Shown piece by piece: positions 16,229-29,488 of a DNA stretch of 64,000 nt. Below the pieces are notes generated by a model. That model searched no databases, was not told where the DNA came from, and was given only the letters and a program-made list of their open reading frames with translations. The translations under genes and the position numbers were made by a program. The DNA comes from Cercozoa sp. M6MM (Eukaryota; Protista; Endomyxa: Ascetosporea), in the NCBI GenBank assembly GCA_040357565.1, contig JBDODJ010000016.1; one strand, given 5' to 3'. Positions within the stretch are counted from its first letter, which is position 1. Every line of letters begins with the position of its first letter.

Positions 16229-18834
16229 ATGGTATGTATTCTTAAAAATGTGTGGTCCACAATCACATTTTCCTAGTCGTCGCTCGAACTGGTGCGCGAG
16301 AAGAAGTTTAGCGACCTCGGCCTGTCCAAATGTATAAGCGTAGATTCGTTGGATTGTTTTCTCAAGGGACACACAACATATTTAGGGCTCGAAAGGAACT
16401 GCGGAATGTTGGGCATGGAACATCCCTCCAAGATCCAAGATCTGTGCATCCCAGAGGTGCCTTGCTTGGGTTGTGTGCGTGTATGTTGATCACTCGTGAG
16501 AAGCGCGTGTTTTCATAGGTTCTCAAGGGTCGTGATGTCATTGGTCGCTCGCATACAGGCAGTGGTGCAGTCATCATCAGCATGTTGACGCTGTGAGGTA
16601 GATCCGTTTTTCTTTAGGCAAGACGGCGTGTTTCGCACTGCCGCTGCTCCAAAAGCTGAGCGAAGATCCATACGGCGTTTTTGGCGTCGTTCTTGTACTT
16701 TTTGTTTCTTTGTTTCTTCGATGATTGAGAGCTCGGTGTGTGCAGACGCCTGCACGCGAGTTGGCCTTCCAGATTGCTCAGCAGTTTGACGCCTTTGGAA
16801 AGTACACAAACGTGCAACCATCCCAAATAGTAAGTACCATGTATACCATTGCTGGGTCAGAACCATGAACTGTGACGTTGCTTGTATCACCGGCGGTGGT
16901 GACTTCAACAAAGAGGTATGCGCCGAGTTCGATGATACTCTGTAGTCTATACCTGGGTTTTTAGGCCCGCGCGCTCGAGCAGCGACCGCATGTGATCGTG
17001 GCGACGCCGGGCCGATTGGCTGCGCACCTGCGCAATGCGACGCCCGAGGAACGGTACCCAGACGTGTTATGAGTTTCCTGCAATTTAACTCGCATACTCA
17101 GGGAGGAGTGGTTCGAGTACACGCGCTTTCTTGTGCTTGACGAAGCTGACCGGTAACGACTTAACTACTCACTGTATGTGCACGTGCACTATACGCCCAT
17201 GCTTTGAGCAGTCTCCTCGAAGGTGGCTTCCGCAAGGACCTCGATGTGATTCTCTCTGCCTGTCGCAACTCGCAAGATGGCGAAGAGGACACTGATGACA
17301 GCGAGAGGTGCCTTTTTGTACAAACGTGTTGTGGTGTGAGGATGTGGCTGTGCGTATCACAGACTGCAAGTCTTGTTGTTTTCTGCGACAATGTCGACCA
17401 CCATGAAGGTTCCTTTACCTCTCAATGCACAAATACCCTGCCAGTTGTGTTTGCAGGAGATTGGCGATGTTGCGATGAAGGACGCACTTCTGCTCGAGAC
17501 GACCAAGCAGGCATCTCTTGACTTCGTCCTGTGTCCTTTGGGTGATGTTTGTGGTTTGCAGGAAGAGCACGCCACTCCAGACTCGCTGGAACAGACGTAC
17601 ATTTTCGTTCCTCCCAGTACATTTGTCTTTAGTGTATGCAATGTGCAATCCCACATGCATTCTGTAGAGCTGAAGCTGGCGAACGTGCTAGCTTTGTTGA
17701 AGGAACACACAGAAGATTCCGCCATTCTCTTCGTCAACACGCGAAGGTAGTTGCCATCTCATTACTCCCCTATTTTACACCCAAGTGTCCTGGCAGGAAA
17801 GCTGCACTATTGACGGAGACGCTGAGACAGTTGGTTAAGGACATGCCCATTAGCGAGAACGACGATGCTGTTCAGACCGCTGAGGGATCGAAGGGCGACT
17901 CTGCCGTGTTGGGTGGAATTGAGTCACTGCACGGTGGCATGGAGCAGCGCCGACGACTCGCTGCGCTCGGCAAGTTCCGCTGCGGCAAGGCGAGGTGCTT
18001 TCTTTCGCAAATTTTTGCCTACCTGATGCAAAATGCATTCATTCGCTTACCTTAGAATACTGGTGGCCACCGACGTTGCTGCGCGTGGTCTCGACATTCC
18101 TCAAGTTGGTCTTGTTATCAATGTCGATGTGCCACGCAAGGCTACGGTACCTTCAAATGACACTGTGTCATCCGCGCTTTGTAACATCTTATGTGCTCCA
18201 CAGGATTACGTGCATCGAGTTGGTCGTACTGCTCGTGCAGGAAGGTGTGTTTTGTTCCTGAAAACGTTAAACAAAAACTAGAGCTGATTTGCAGAAAGGG
18301 CAAGTCGGTCACTCTGCTGACTCAGTACGAAGTCGAACTGTTCCAAGAAGTAGTTTTTTGTTTTTGCTGACATTTTTTTGAAAGCACTTCTGTTTTATTT
18401 ATGCACAGATGGAAGAGTTGATCGACCGCAAGATACAAGAGCACGAGTTTGACCAACATGATGGCGAGGCTATCCTCGACTTGGTGTGTCTCTTGTCATG
18501 TCCGTTTCCAGGTGATAACTTTTTTGATCAGGTCAAGCCGGTTAACACGGCCGAAAAACTGGCGGCTCTCAACCTTCAGCGCTACGGTAATTCTCATCTC
18601 TTCGCATTTTGGACTGGGAGTTTCTGAATAATATGTTTGATTTCACAGAGATGAAGGAGCAGCAGCGTATGTTCCGTGACACGTACGATGAGACAACACT
18701 GCTGACGAAGCGACCTCGTTCTCAACAGGTGTGTATCGCTTTTCCATTCTTCGCGTTGGAAATTTGCGTATTGATTTAAACGCAACGTGCTTTCTTAGGT
18801 TGATGAGCGCAAGACGAAAAAATCGCGTAAGTGA
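16229..18834 (+). CDS. DDX49: DEAD-box RNA helicase DDX49/Dbp8 (18S rRNA maturation)
   Basis: [10 protein letters not shown]...[62 protein letters not shown] (LSEDPYG is the DDX49/Dbp8 signature); [44 protein letters not shown]; stop TGA 18834. Confidence 0.9.
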
Positions 18835-18995
18835 CATGAATTTACATTTTCCTACGCGACGCGTCGACGTCAGTTTGCACCAATTGGGTACCGGAGCCCT
18901 CTCAGATAGGAACCAGGCCTTGGTAAATTGAGGGTACTCCAGTGACACAAAAAAAAACTAAGGAACGTATGAAAGTCTGTTCTTAGAGGTAGAGT

Positions 18996-19558
18996 TGTTA
19001 CTGTAAACATCAAACAACCTACTTGGCTGACTACTTGCTCCGCGTGGAAGCAACTATCAGTCATGCCAAATAAGAATTGAAGTGTTTGCTAAGGTTGAGA
19101 GCTGGTAGCCAAACAATTGAGTGTAGCCTAGCCGTAGCTTGGCGAGCAGCTCGAAACTGCTGCAAGAATGGAAAAAGGCCCTCTTTCCAATACCAGGTAC
19201 CTCGAAGGATACCGTGCTTGTTGACCCAAAGCAACTGACTTGCTCTATCTTGAGCAGGCAAGAGGGTTTTCTTTTGTTTATCATCGAACAAGCCTCTCAC
19301 CACTTTCAACTGTAACGACGGCCCTACCTTGGGTAACCTTCTCTCTTCTGTTATCTTTCGGTTTATTGAGACGTCGAACGAACACGAATTTAAATCTTCA
19401 TCCGAGAAATAAGAGTAACACAGTGGCAGGTATACCGTCAGCAAGCCGCGGATCTCGTGCAAAACATCGTCTGAGGCCACTACCTCACGCCGAGCTTGCA
19501 GCAGACGTAGCCGAATCTGCCCAAGCCGACAAAGCCACTAAAGCTGACAATCTCACAG
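18996..19558. mobile_element. LTR-like element family A, copy 2 (inverted relative to copy 1), carrying a captured DNA-PKcs fragment
   Basis: Starts TGTTACTG at 18996, preceded by purine-rich AGAGGTAGAG (PPT-like); homologous to 10305-10894; 19392-19534 is a copy of 58956-59098; truncated on the right. Confidence 0.75.
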
Positions 19559-19616
19559 TTCGAGAGAGTGAGTTACCCCACCGGTCTAGTTGCGTCAAAG
19601 TACTAGTAGACGAAGT

Positions 19617-19689
19617 TATTACGGCACTGCGTTTCTCGTTGTCATCTGACTGCTCGTAAGCGCGGACGATCAAATCTGACCCAGTATGG
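19617..19689 (+). mobile_element. Fragment of LTR-like family C
   Basis: TATTACGGCACTGCGTTTCTC...CTCGTAAGCGCGGACGATCAAATCTGACCCAGTATGG matches the first ~90 bp of 29489-29731. May extend across LTR B toward ~20408. Confidence 0.65.
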
Positions 19690-19766
19690 TTAATAGCGAA
19701 GGATTTGTTTTGCTAGGTATCTCCGGCCTTACATCCTGAGGCTTCGCTTCTACTCGTACTTGCATT

Positions 19767-20309
19767 TGTTACCGCAGCCTTTCAGAAATTGAGGCTTTGG
19801 TAGTGCAAAAGAGTACTATGCCAGGAAAAAGACTAAAGAAAACAAATGGAATCGATGTGAAGAAGAATTGAGTCAGTAGACGTAGTCAGTTCAGAGGTAG
19901 TTACCCCAAGATAGGGTCGGCAAAGTACAGGAAGTAGACTGGTCGGGAAGGAAGAGAGGCCCGGTAGTCAGAAGAAGGAAGGAAGGAGAAGGAGGGACGT
20001 AAGGAGAATAAGAAAGGCTCTCTGTGCTGGGAAGACAGCAACAAGGGATTCCGTGAGAGTGCAAGGGCTGGAGCCTGGAGAGGTGCTTTACCTGGTGAGT
20101 AGAGAGCCTTTCAGGAAAGGAGCAAAATCTTGCTCTTTTGAGGTCAGTCTACCAAACACAGGGTAAGGAGGTTAGCAACACTCTCGGAGAGGTCAGGGTA
20201 CCAGACAAACACAATACACCACACTTCTCAAAGTACACAATAAATAGCTTTCTTCCACGCGGAGCACCAGAGATCTGACTGGCCGGATGGAAAATGCCGT
20301 TTCGTAACA
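19767..20309 (+). mobile_element. Solo LTR family B, copy 2 (543 bp)
   Basis: TGTTACCG...TTCGTAACA termini; 4-bp TSD CATT (19763-19766 / 20310-20313); AATAAA at 20239-20244 near the 3' end; homolog of 10895-11323 with two extra internal blocks. Confidence 0.9.
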
Positions 20310-20549
20310 CATTGCTAAGTGTTGTGCAGATCTGACTTTAGAGCTTGGGTCAAGCTTTCTACTGCTCACGATCTCTTCTGCGGAGCAGCGAACTGCTCAC
20401 AGTAAACAGTACAGTACGTAGTCCAGTGCTGGCACTGTACAAGGAAAAGAGCTTAATATGTCTGTTCACAATCAGTTTTGTAGCCACTATTCAAAGAACG
20501 CGGTCGAAAGAACGTATGATACAACTCCCGTAGGTCCCGTTCATTTCGT

Positions 20550-21427
20550 TTACGTCAGAAGTAAGTTGAAGAGCGAGTCAGCGGAGCTGGAGGCGCCGGC
20601 CCTGTGTGATACCACGTAGATGCAAGTCCAACTCATTAAATTAGAGTTTACGGTGGGGTCGTGGCGGTTGTGGCGATACGTGATATGAGTGCGCGCGTCC
20701 AGTTTGTGGTCTAAATTTACACACCAAAAAGTTGCCTTCAATACACGCTTCGGTACTACAGAGCAGGGCACGTGTGCGATGGCAGTGGCGAGCGCGCTAG
20801 ATGTCACATACACACGCGCACTGAGCGAACAAAGAAACAAGACTGTGTGCTGGGTAAATTTACAAGGCGGCGGCGGTGGTCGGAAACGACTGGGCGAGGG
20901 CGGCGTGACATCACCGGACTAGACCGATAAGAAGATAAAGGTCTGCAGCATTTTCTGTACAATATCTGAAGGGTACGGCAGGACGACGTCCGCGTGGAGG
21001 GGGTCTTGGTAGCGATGACTAAACACACGTACAGTGCAACGTTAAAAGAATCGGTATCATTATACGTACCAAGATATCATCGATGGTTTCAACTGGTGCT
21101 GGCGGAACCGGCTTCTTCCTGGCCTATAAATCAATGACGAAAAGCTGGAGTATGGAAGGAAGGCAACACGAAAAGGCTACAGGAGGCGGCGGCACAGCAC
21201 GATGCTGCGTGCTGAGACTCACGCTGCGCTGCAGCAGCGGCGAAGGCGCGCGAGGCGACGGAGTGCCCAACGGTGTCGTTGCTGACGCTGTCGCTGACGA
21301 AGACTGCTCCAGCAACGAGAGTGCCTCGTCGATGTGTTGAAACACAAAGGTCACGGCGTCGCCTTCCTCCTTCATACCTTGCATCGACGCCAGCTGGTTG
21401 TCTGCACACACACAAACACACAAACAC

Positions 21428-21474
<47 letters not shown>

Positions 21475-23524
21475 CACACACACCATTAGCCTATACTCTT
21501 TCTGCCCACTCTATAAGAAAAGTACCAGAGGCCGACCGCAGCATGGCAGGCGCCAAACAAACACTGAGATTACGCGGCGCCATCTTGGTCGCCGCCAGAC
21601 ACTCTAGGTACCCAAGGACAAGTCAAATGAACAGGTCCAAAGGTCCAACAGATAGGTCAAGTGGACAAACTGCAAAATGGACTACCAGGTGACAGGAGAC
21701 ACTGCACGAACAGCAGCAGTTCGCGCAGCGTGGCCTTGTGCGTCGCACTTCGTGTCTGTCGCAACGCCTCGGCAAAACCGTCGAGTGTCTGCGAGAGAAG
21801 GTTCAACGTGCCAACAGTGCGAGATTAGAGTGAGTGAACCTGCTCAGTGGCCACGCGGCAGAAGGCATTGCGTGCGTCGAACGGCACCAGCGGCACTGGT
21901 AGGCCGCGCAGCCACTCCTTCAACAAGGCGGCGCACGTGTGCGGCGACGTCAATTTCGCGTCGCTTTCGATCGCATAGTCACCTTCTGCCAGCTGCGCAC
22001 CGCGAAGAGATACAATCTTAAGATAAAGACAGAGGGAAAGCAACCTTGCGTCGCAGGTACTTGAGGTCGGAAGCACCGGCCGAGAGTCGAAAGATACCCT
22101 CGGTGTGATGTCCGTCGAGGTGCTTGATTCCGGAAATCAAACGTGTCACCAGCAGCGGCACATACGGCACGTCAGGTCGGCTGTTCTCTCTGTCGTCAGA
22201 AGAAGTGACATTGGTATCACAAGGAGGTAACACGCAAGGTAAAAGGTACGGCAGTGACACGACGTCATCCAATGATGACCGAAACAGTGCACTCGACAGT
22301 TCCGGAGGTAGACCCCAGTCTGCCTCGCCTTCCTGTCAAACAGACTTAGGAGGACCATTCCACAGCAAAGTATTCGACGCACCTCGAGTGCGGCAGCAGC
22401 AGCGGCGTGTGACTTCTGCTGCTGCGTCAGAAAGAGCGCCACTCGCTTGCGCAAAGCTACAAAATTAGACAGGTACAACTCCGATGTACTGGCGTACAAC
22501 AGAAAAAAGAAAGATAGAGAGGTGATACTCAAATTGTACTCGTCGCGCAGCTCCGTCACAGCCGTGATGAACTCTTTTTGCGCAGCCTCGTAGGCGTCCA
22601 GTGCCTAGACAACCAAGTTACTTGTACTGAGGAAGTAGGCCAAGTACAGTACCTGGCGTTTCTCATACGCAAGTGCAACTTTTGCAACGGCATCGTCGTA
22701 CTCTGCGCGTGACCAATACATAGTGCACAGTCACAAATGCAGTCTAGCCATCGACGGAGTACGCAGGTGCGTCGTGTCCAACTTGCGTCGGAGTGCCTTG
22801 GAACGCTTGATAGATTGCTCGTACATTGACAGCGGCACTAGCACCTACAGCACACACAAAGTCTAAAAAGGAGCGAGCAAAGACAAAAGGCGCACCTCGT
22901 TTTGGAACTGTTCAAGCAACTCGTTGATCGCCGTGTCGGTCACAGTGCGCATGCCAGCTGCAGGAGAACGAGGGCCGGGGTAAATAGAGGGGCACACACA
23001 AGATGAGTGTACACTCGGTAGCATTCAACGGTGGCGGCAACGACGAACTGTTAAACACATATTAGCTGCACGGAGAAACTGCTGTAAAGAGAATCGGTAC
23101 AACATGCTGCAGAGGTCCTGGCCAACTTTCAACGTTCGACGCAGCTGCGCCTCAAACGCCTTGGCTGCAGTGTCGTATACATGTGTATTATAAGAAACAA
23201 CCATATCTTCAGTACCCTTGGCCAGAACGCCATCAAAGTTCTCCACCGCCGCTTCAAGCACAGTCTGCCAAAAGTCTTATACACGACACGACACGAATAC
23301 CTCAGGATAGAGGCGAGGCACCTTCAATTGCGATATCTCGGGTGAGTCTTGACTGCCTTCGCGGCGCCCGGTCTTCTGCAACGCCTGTTGCCGCCAGGCT
23401 TTGCTCTGAAGCACACCATGAGGGAAACAATAATACTTCACAGCTATCAAAACGGTCCGAGCCCGGCAGCAGCTTGACCACATCGACTCACCTTAGCTTT
23501 GAACGAGGCCTTGAACGAGCTCAT
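20550..23524 (-). CDS. BAR-like coiled coil + RhoGAP domain protein with Pro-rich tail (3' end approximate)
   Basis: MSSFKASFKAK|SKAWRQQALQKTGRREGSQD; BAR-like helices (LLEQFQNEVLVPLSMYEQSIKRSKALRRKLDTT, ALDAYEAAQKEFITAV); GAP motifs VPLLVTRLI..IKHLDGHHTEGIFRLSA (Arg finger), CAALLKEWLRGLPVPLVP, TKMAPRNLSVCLAPAML; several PPPP motifs. Confidence 0.85.
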
Positions 23525-23754
23525 CCCTATCTATACAGAGCCACGCCTCCAGCTCACTGTGTCGGAGAGCTCGATCGTGCGCTACTTGTGCACCCGAAAG
23601 TTGTATAGCTTATTATTACAATAATAATAAACAACGGTGTCTCGTCTATTTGGACGGTACAAGTGAACGTTGAATATTCGACAAACAATTAAAAAACAAG
23701 GTGGCCCGAGAGAGTCTTAACAGTCGTTCAAGTGTGTGTCAAGTGTGTAGCACA
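23525..23754. promoter_or_regulatory. Probable bidirectional promoter between RhoGAP and UPF1
   Basis: About 230 bp, with an AT-rich core (TTATTATTACAATAATAATAAA), between divergent ATGs. Confidence 0.5.
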
Positions 23755-25525
23755 ATGTCACAATTTGAAACACAGGATTTAGACGCCTTTTCAGACTACG
23801 GTAGCTTCTCAATCCACATGTTTCATTCAAATGAAAAATGTGGCTTGTAGACTTTCTGAGTGACGTCTCTCAGTCCCAGTCGCAGTCGCAGACACAATCA
23901 CAGGTGTTTTTCTTTTAAGCTGTGTATTTTGAGCTGCCTGATACAGCTCTGGGTGCAGTCTCAGTTCTCGCAATACGAGTTCGACGGCGATCACGACGAC
24001 GAGTACGACAACTCGGTAGTTTCGCATGTAGAACCTTGCTTTGGTAGATTCTATAATGCCGCGGTTGACAGACAGAGTACCTGGAAGAGGAACGTGACGA
24101 TGATGATGTCGAACACGCCCATCTGGAGGTGTGTTCCTGTCTTTTTGATGGGTGTTATTCGTTGTAGTGTTATTCGCGGTAATGTTGAATGTGGTGACCG
24201 CAGGAACTAGAGTTCGTGGAGAACGAAGAGGACCAGAAGCTTCCGCGTGACTCTCTAGTCGATGAACAGCTTGAATACGACTTGCGTGAGGTAACAAGGT
24301 GCACTGGGGGGTATAACTACGGAAGTATGGCTGGTGTGTGTAGCTTCCGGACCAACACTGCGAGTACTGTGGCATCCACGAACCTGGTACTCGGTCCTTG
24401 TTGTCCTAGACTGGCCTTCTGTTTTCTTTTTGTTTTACCTATTGTTTCCTAGACGCCGTAGTGCAGTGCCGTGTGTGTCGCAAGTGGTTCTGCAACTGGC
24501 GCGGTGAGTCATCGACGGCACACATCGTGCACCACCTGGTGCGGTCAAAGCACAAGCAGGTACAGCCGTCCAATCGTAGTGCTTTTGGTGACTACACAAT
24601 AACTGTATAGGTTGTACTGCATCCTCAAGCACAACTGCGCGGCACTCCTGTCGAGTACTCTCTACCTAGACTATACTTTTAGCAAGCAAGAGTGTGACGT
24701 ATGGCGTGCATAATGTACAGGTGCTACAACTGCCGCTGTCGCAATGTGTTCCTGCTCGGTTTCGTTCCGGCACGCAACGAATCCGTCGTCATGGTAGAAG
24801 CCTTTCCTGGCTTTCCTCCTGTTTGCGGTTAAGCATGATGCATCCACTGTGTAGATGCTGTGCCGCGAGCCGTGTCTGACGCACCCGTCGTTGGTGGCGA
24901 TGGAGTGGAATCCGTCGCAGTGGGAGCCGCTCATTCAGGATCGTCACATCATCGACTGGCTGGTGCGACGGCCCGACGGTGAGCAACTGGAGCGTGCTAT
25001 CCGGTCGACGTCGACGCAGATGGTCAAACTGGAGGAGGCGTGGTTCAACGGACGCGAGGACGTAGACTTTCCCTTCTGCCTTTGTTTTTACTCTTGACCC
25101 CCCCTCTCCCCGTAGGCGACGTTGTACGACCTGGACGAACCCGAGTTGAACACAGACCCTGAACCAGTGTTGAACCGCTACGAGGATTCGGCACACTACC
25201 GCTCGATCATGTCACCGCTGGTACAGATGGAAGCCGACTACGATCGCAAGATCAAAGAGTCGCAGACACGCGATGGTGTCACTGTTGAGTGGCGGTATCT
25301 TTGTGACATTCTTTCCGTTCCCACCTTCTGCCACCTGGCTTTTGTAAATTTGATTTCTTCCTGCAGTTTTTCGGAGGAAGACGACACTCTGGCGGACCAT
25401 ATCTATGCCACCTACGAGGGCGGCAGTCATGCTGCGCATGCTGCCAACAACGTCAACAACAGCAAAAACACGGTTTACGCAGTGTTCCGTTTCGCGTCCA
25501 CCAACGTGTCGGGTCAGGTGCTTTG

Positions 25526-25599
<74 letters not shown>

Positions 25600-28500
25600 C
25601 TGGCAGGAGCTGCACGTGGTGCCGGGTGACCAGTTGCGTCTGTGTCACGACGGCCTGCTGTGGCAAGGCCAGGGCCAGGTCATGAAGGTCACCGAGAAAG
25701 AGGATATCATCCTCGAGGTCTCTGACAGTCGGCATCTCACACTCGCCAACGAGGACGAAGATTACGTGCGCTTTCTGTTTTTTCCTTTCCTTTTTTAAAA
25801 TTTTACTCTCACCTTTTGCAGGAACGAAAGGACATGCGCGACGAAAAGAAAAAGCCCGTCCCGACCGACTGTCAGACTGGCTTCCGCGTGGAGGTATCCG
25901 AAAAATGCCGGAAATACCACTGGACCGGTGTCTCATTTTATCCTTTCTTGTAGTACGTGTGGAAAAGTACGACGTTTGACCGTCAACTGGTGCGTTGTTC
26001 TGTTTTAACCTGGAGTGTTGTGTTCGAGGCAATGTGTTGTTGTTTTAGGCGGCGTTAAAGGCGTTCACGACGGACGCGCGCGGAGTGAGCTTTTGGTGTT
26101 TGCTTAAGGGTGAGTTTTGCGTCTAAAAGTTTTGTTTTGTGTTACTGCAGCACCCGCGAATGGCCAACGTCATTCGCTGCGCTTTGCTGGTGCCACTTTC
26201 TCTTGCTGATCCAGTTTCACTTTGTCCCTCGCTTGAAGTGGTGTCAACCAGGGCCATGGACATGACGATGCGCTGCTGCCGCCGGACGTTGCGTCGCCGC
26301 TGCCTCGTGTGAAGAAGGACACACTCGTGGTCGCTAGTGGTGCCGCGCCACTTTCCTCACCTTTGACGTTGTGTCACAAACGATTTGGTTATTTACCCTT
26401 TGGTGGGTGGATGGACAGGTGTGCAGCAGCCGCCGAAACTTCCGTCGCTTAACGCGTCGCAGCTGCGTGCTGTTTCTGCTGCAGTCGGTCGCTCACTTTG
26501 TCTCATCCAGGTGCGTGCTTGCGTTTCTTTCTGTCGGACTGTTCCTCGATCCCGCGGTCTCTTTGCACCCTGTTTACTTGCCACAGGGTCCTCCTGGCAC
26601 GGGCAAGACAGTCACGTCGGCCACCATTGTGTACAACATGGTGCAGCAGGCTATGGCGGAACGAAAGGCTATGGTACTCACTGTTTGCCCCGTTGTGCTT
26701 GCATTGCACGTTTACCTTCTCTCCTTGCAGAAGAAAATCAAGGCCGAACACCGACCGCGCGTGCTCGTGGTGGCGCCATCCAACATCGCTGTTGATCAAC
26801 TGGTAGGCTTCTTCCACCTCCCTGCTTGTCTGTGTTGTTTATTTGTTATGCTTGTTCAGACTGCGAAACTACACCGTGCTGCACTCAAGGTAATGATACT
26901 TCTGCTTTTGTTTATTTGGTCAACTCTCGGTACGTTTTTTAATGATACAGGTCGTACGCGTCTGCAGTCGCACGCGCGAGAAGGTTCAGTCTGACGTAGA
27001 CTTCCTGACGCTGCACCGTCTGATGTACCCTCTCACTCATAGTCACACCGTCGGTTACGACATGTGCGTGTCTGTAGGTACCAGTTTGCCGAGAAACAGC
27101 GAGGACCGTTGTTTGACTTACTTCGGCGAAAGGAGATGTACGACCGCGATGAGGTTTGCCTCTCACCCCCGTCTTTACGTCTTACTTTACTTTTCACCAT
27201 TACACCTTGTTTTATAGAGCAAGCGATGGAGCAAGAAAGATCAGAACAAGCTGCGCAAACTGCAGGTATGTTTATCTCTGTAAGAACAATGTTTCTCTCT
27301 GAGTAAGAACACTTTTGGCAGAACGCACTGGAGAAGGAGCTGCTGTTGAATGCTGACGTCATCTGCACTACGTGAGTTTTGACTTTCCCCTGTGTACCAC
27401 TCTTATTTGCTACCTGTCATCCTTCCTATCTTGTGCAGTTGTGTCGGTGCCGGCGATCCGCGACTGAAGGACTTCATGTTCACGCGGGTGTTGGTGGACG
27501 AGTCGACACAAGCCACAGAACCGGAGGTAGCTCGGTTCTTTTGTTCTGGGGGGGGGGGGGTATATGTATGCATGCCTTGTAGTCTCTAATCCCGCTAGTG
27601 AAAGGCGTGCGACAGTTGTGCATGTAAACGATTTCCCTTACTTTTCGACTCGGTGTATGCATCGTCTGTACATGCGTGGTGTTCTTGCAGGGTGGGCGAC
27701 CACTGTCAGTTGGGTCCAGTCATTATGCACGCGCCTGTTGCAAACGCCGGCATGCAGCGCTCTCTGTTCGAGCGGTAAGTCACCTCACTTCTCTTGACCT
27801 TATTCCTTTTAACCTTCACGTGCGCATATCTGTAAAACAGACTCATCGTGCTTGGCGTGAAACCTGTGCGTCTGCAGGTGCAGTACCGTATGCATCCGGC
27901 ACTGTCGCAGTTCCCGAGCAACACCTTCTACGAGGGTACTCTGACTGCACCACACGTTTAAACAGAGAAACTGATAGGTTTCAAACAGGCTCGTTGTCCA
28001 ATGGTGTCTCGGCGGAAGATCGGCCGCCTCCGCCATCGCTGCGCGAGTTTTGTACTTCCTTTTTTAAACCCTACACCAACCCACCCCACCCCTTTCTTAC
28101 TGCTCCCGCCCCATGTGAACAGGGCCGTCGCTGACGTCGCCGATGATGTTCTGGGTGGCACTCGGTCAAGAGGAGGTACATACCGATTCTTTGAACCTGA
28201 GATTTTTACCCCACTGTCCCCGTAGTTTAGCAGCAGCGGCACGTCCTTCCTGAACCGTGTTGAGGCCGCGCAGGTCGAACAGGCCGTGACCTACCTGATG
28301 AGCAAGGGCGGCGCCAGACCCGATCAGATTGGTGTCGTCACACCCTACGAGGGCCAGCGACACTTCATCCGCGCGCACATGCAGGTGTCTATCTGCCTTT
28401 TTTATTTTTCTGAGTGTCTTTTTTGTTTTTTGCCCTGCACGTGTCCTTTCCGACAGAGAGCCGGTCAGTTGCCGCACCGCGAGTTGTACGACGAGGTTGA

Positions 28501-29452
28501 AGTTGCCTCGGTCGATGCTTTCCAGGGTCGCGAGAAGGACTACATCATCCTCTCATGTGTACGCAGCAACGAACATGCTGGTAGGCAACCTATCTTCCTT
28601 TTCTTCCTTGCTTACCTGCTTACCTCTTTCCCCCTGCAGGCATTGGTTTCCTCAAGGACCCGCGTCGAATGAACGTGGCGCTGACGCGTGCCAAGTATGG
28701 TCTCATCGTGGTCGGCAACGCTCGCGTTCTGTCGCGACACCAGGTCCCACCCTCGCTTTCCCTGTGCTTCTTCCCTGTCCGTGTACCCTCGTCTACTGCC
28801 AATAGGTTTGGAACAACCTGCTCTTCCATTTCAAGCGACGCAACGTGCTGGTTGAGGGCCGTATCCAGGTTCACTAATACGCACGTATCTATATACACAG
28901 TGTATGTACGTCTGGGTGTTCCACAGGAATTGCGCCAGAGCAATGTGCGTTTCTCCAACCCGCGACGGTTTCACAACGACCGCCTGCAGCGTGATGGTGC
29001 CTTTTTCGCATACATGTATCCTGTGCATACAGGCTTACTCTTTCCTTTTAGAGGATGACGACACCTACGGTGGTCCCATGCTGTCTTTGCAAAAGCAAGA
29101 TGACGGCGATGATACGCGCAGCAAAAACGACGACGATCTCTTGACTGGTACCACTGGTCTGCACGCTCCTACCTTGGAAACAGCTTAACTTATCTGTGTC
29201 GGTGGTTTAGGCTACGGTCTGACATCGGGTGCCACCTTCGGTGGTGAAATGTCGCACACAGGCGGCGGTAGCGCCTTCTGGCACGCTTCGTCGTCTCAAT
29301 TCCACTCACAGCTTGATGATGTACCTTGCTTCTTTCTGCAAACGTTCGTGCAGGGTGCACGTGTGTAAGGTGTTAATATTGATGGACAGGCCGCACTGAC
29401 GCAGTCGCAGTCGCAGATGTCGCAGTTCTCGTCGCAAACGCTTGGCTACTAG
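23755..29452 (+). CDS. UPF1: UPF1 / regulator of nonsense transcripts 1 (SF1 RNA helicase), about 40 exons
   Basis: CH zinc domain [25 protein letters not shown]...[38 protein letters not shown]; [14 protein letters not shown]; [19 protein letters not shown]; [10 protein letters not shown]; [11 protein letters not shown]; GDHCQLGPV; [19 protein letters not shown]; [21 protein letters not shown]; [11 protein letters not shown]; SQ-rich termini; TAG 29452. Confidence 0.97.
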
Positions 29453-29488
29453 CGAGTATTAATTAGCGTCGCGTCGCATCATCCATCC

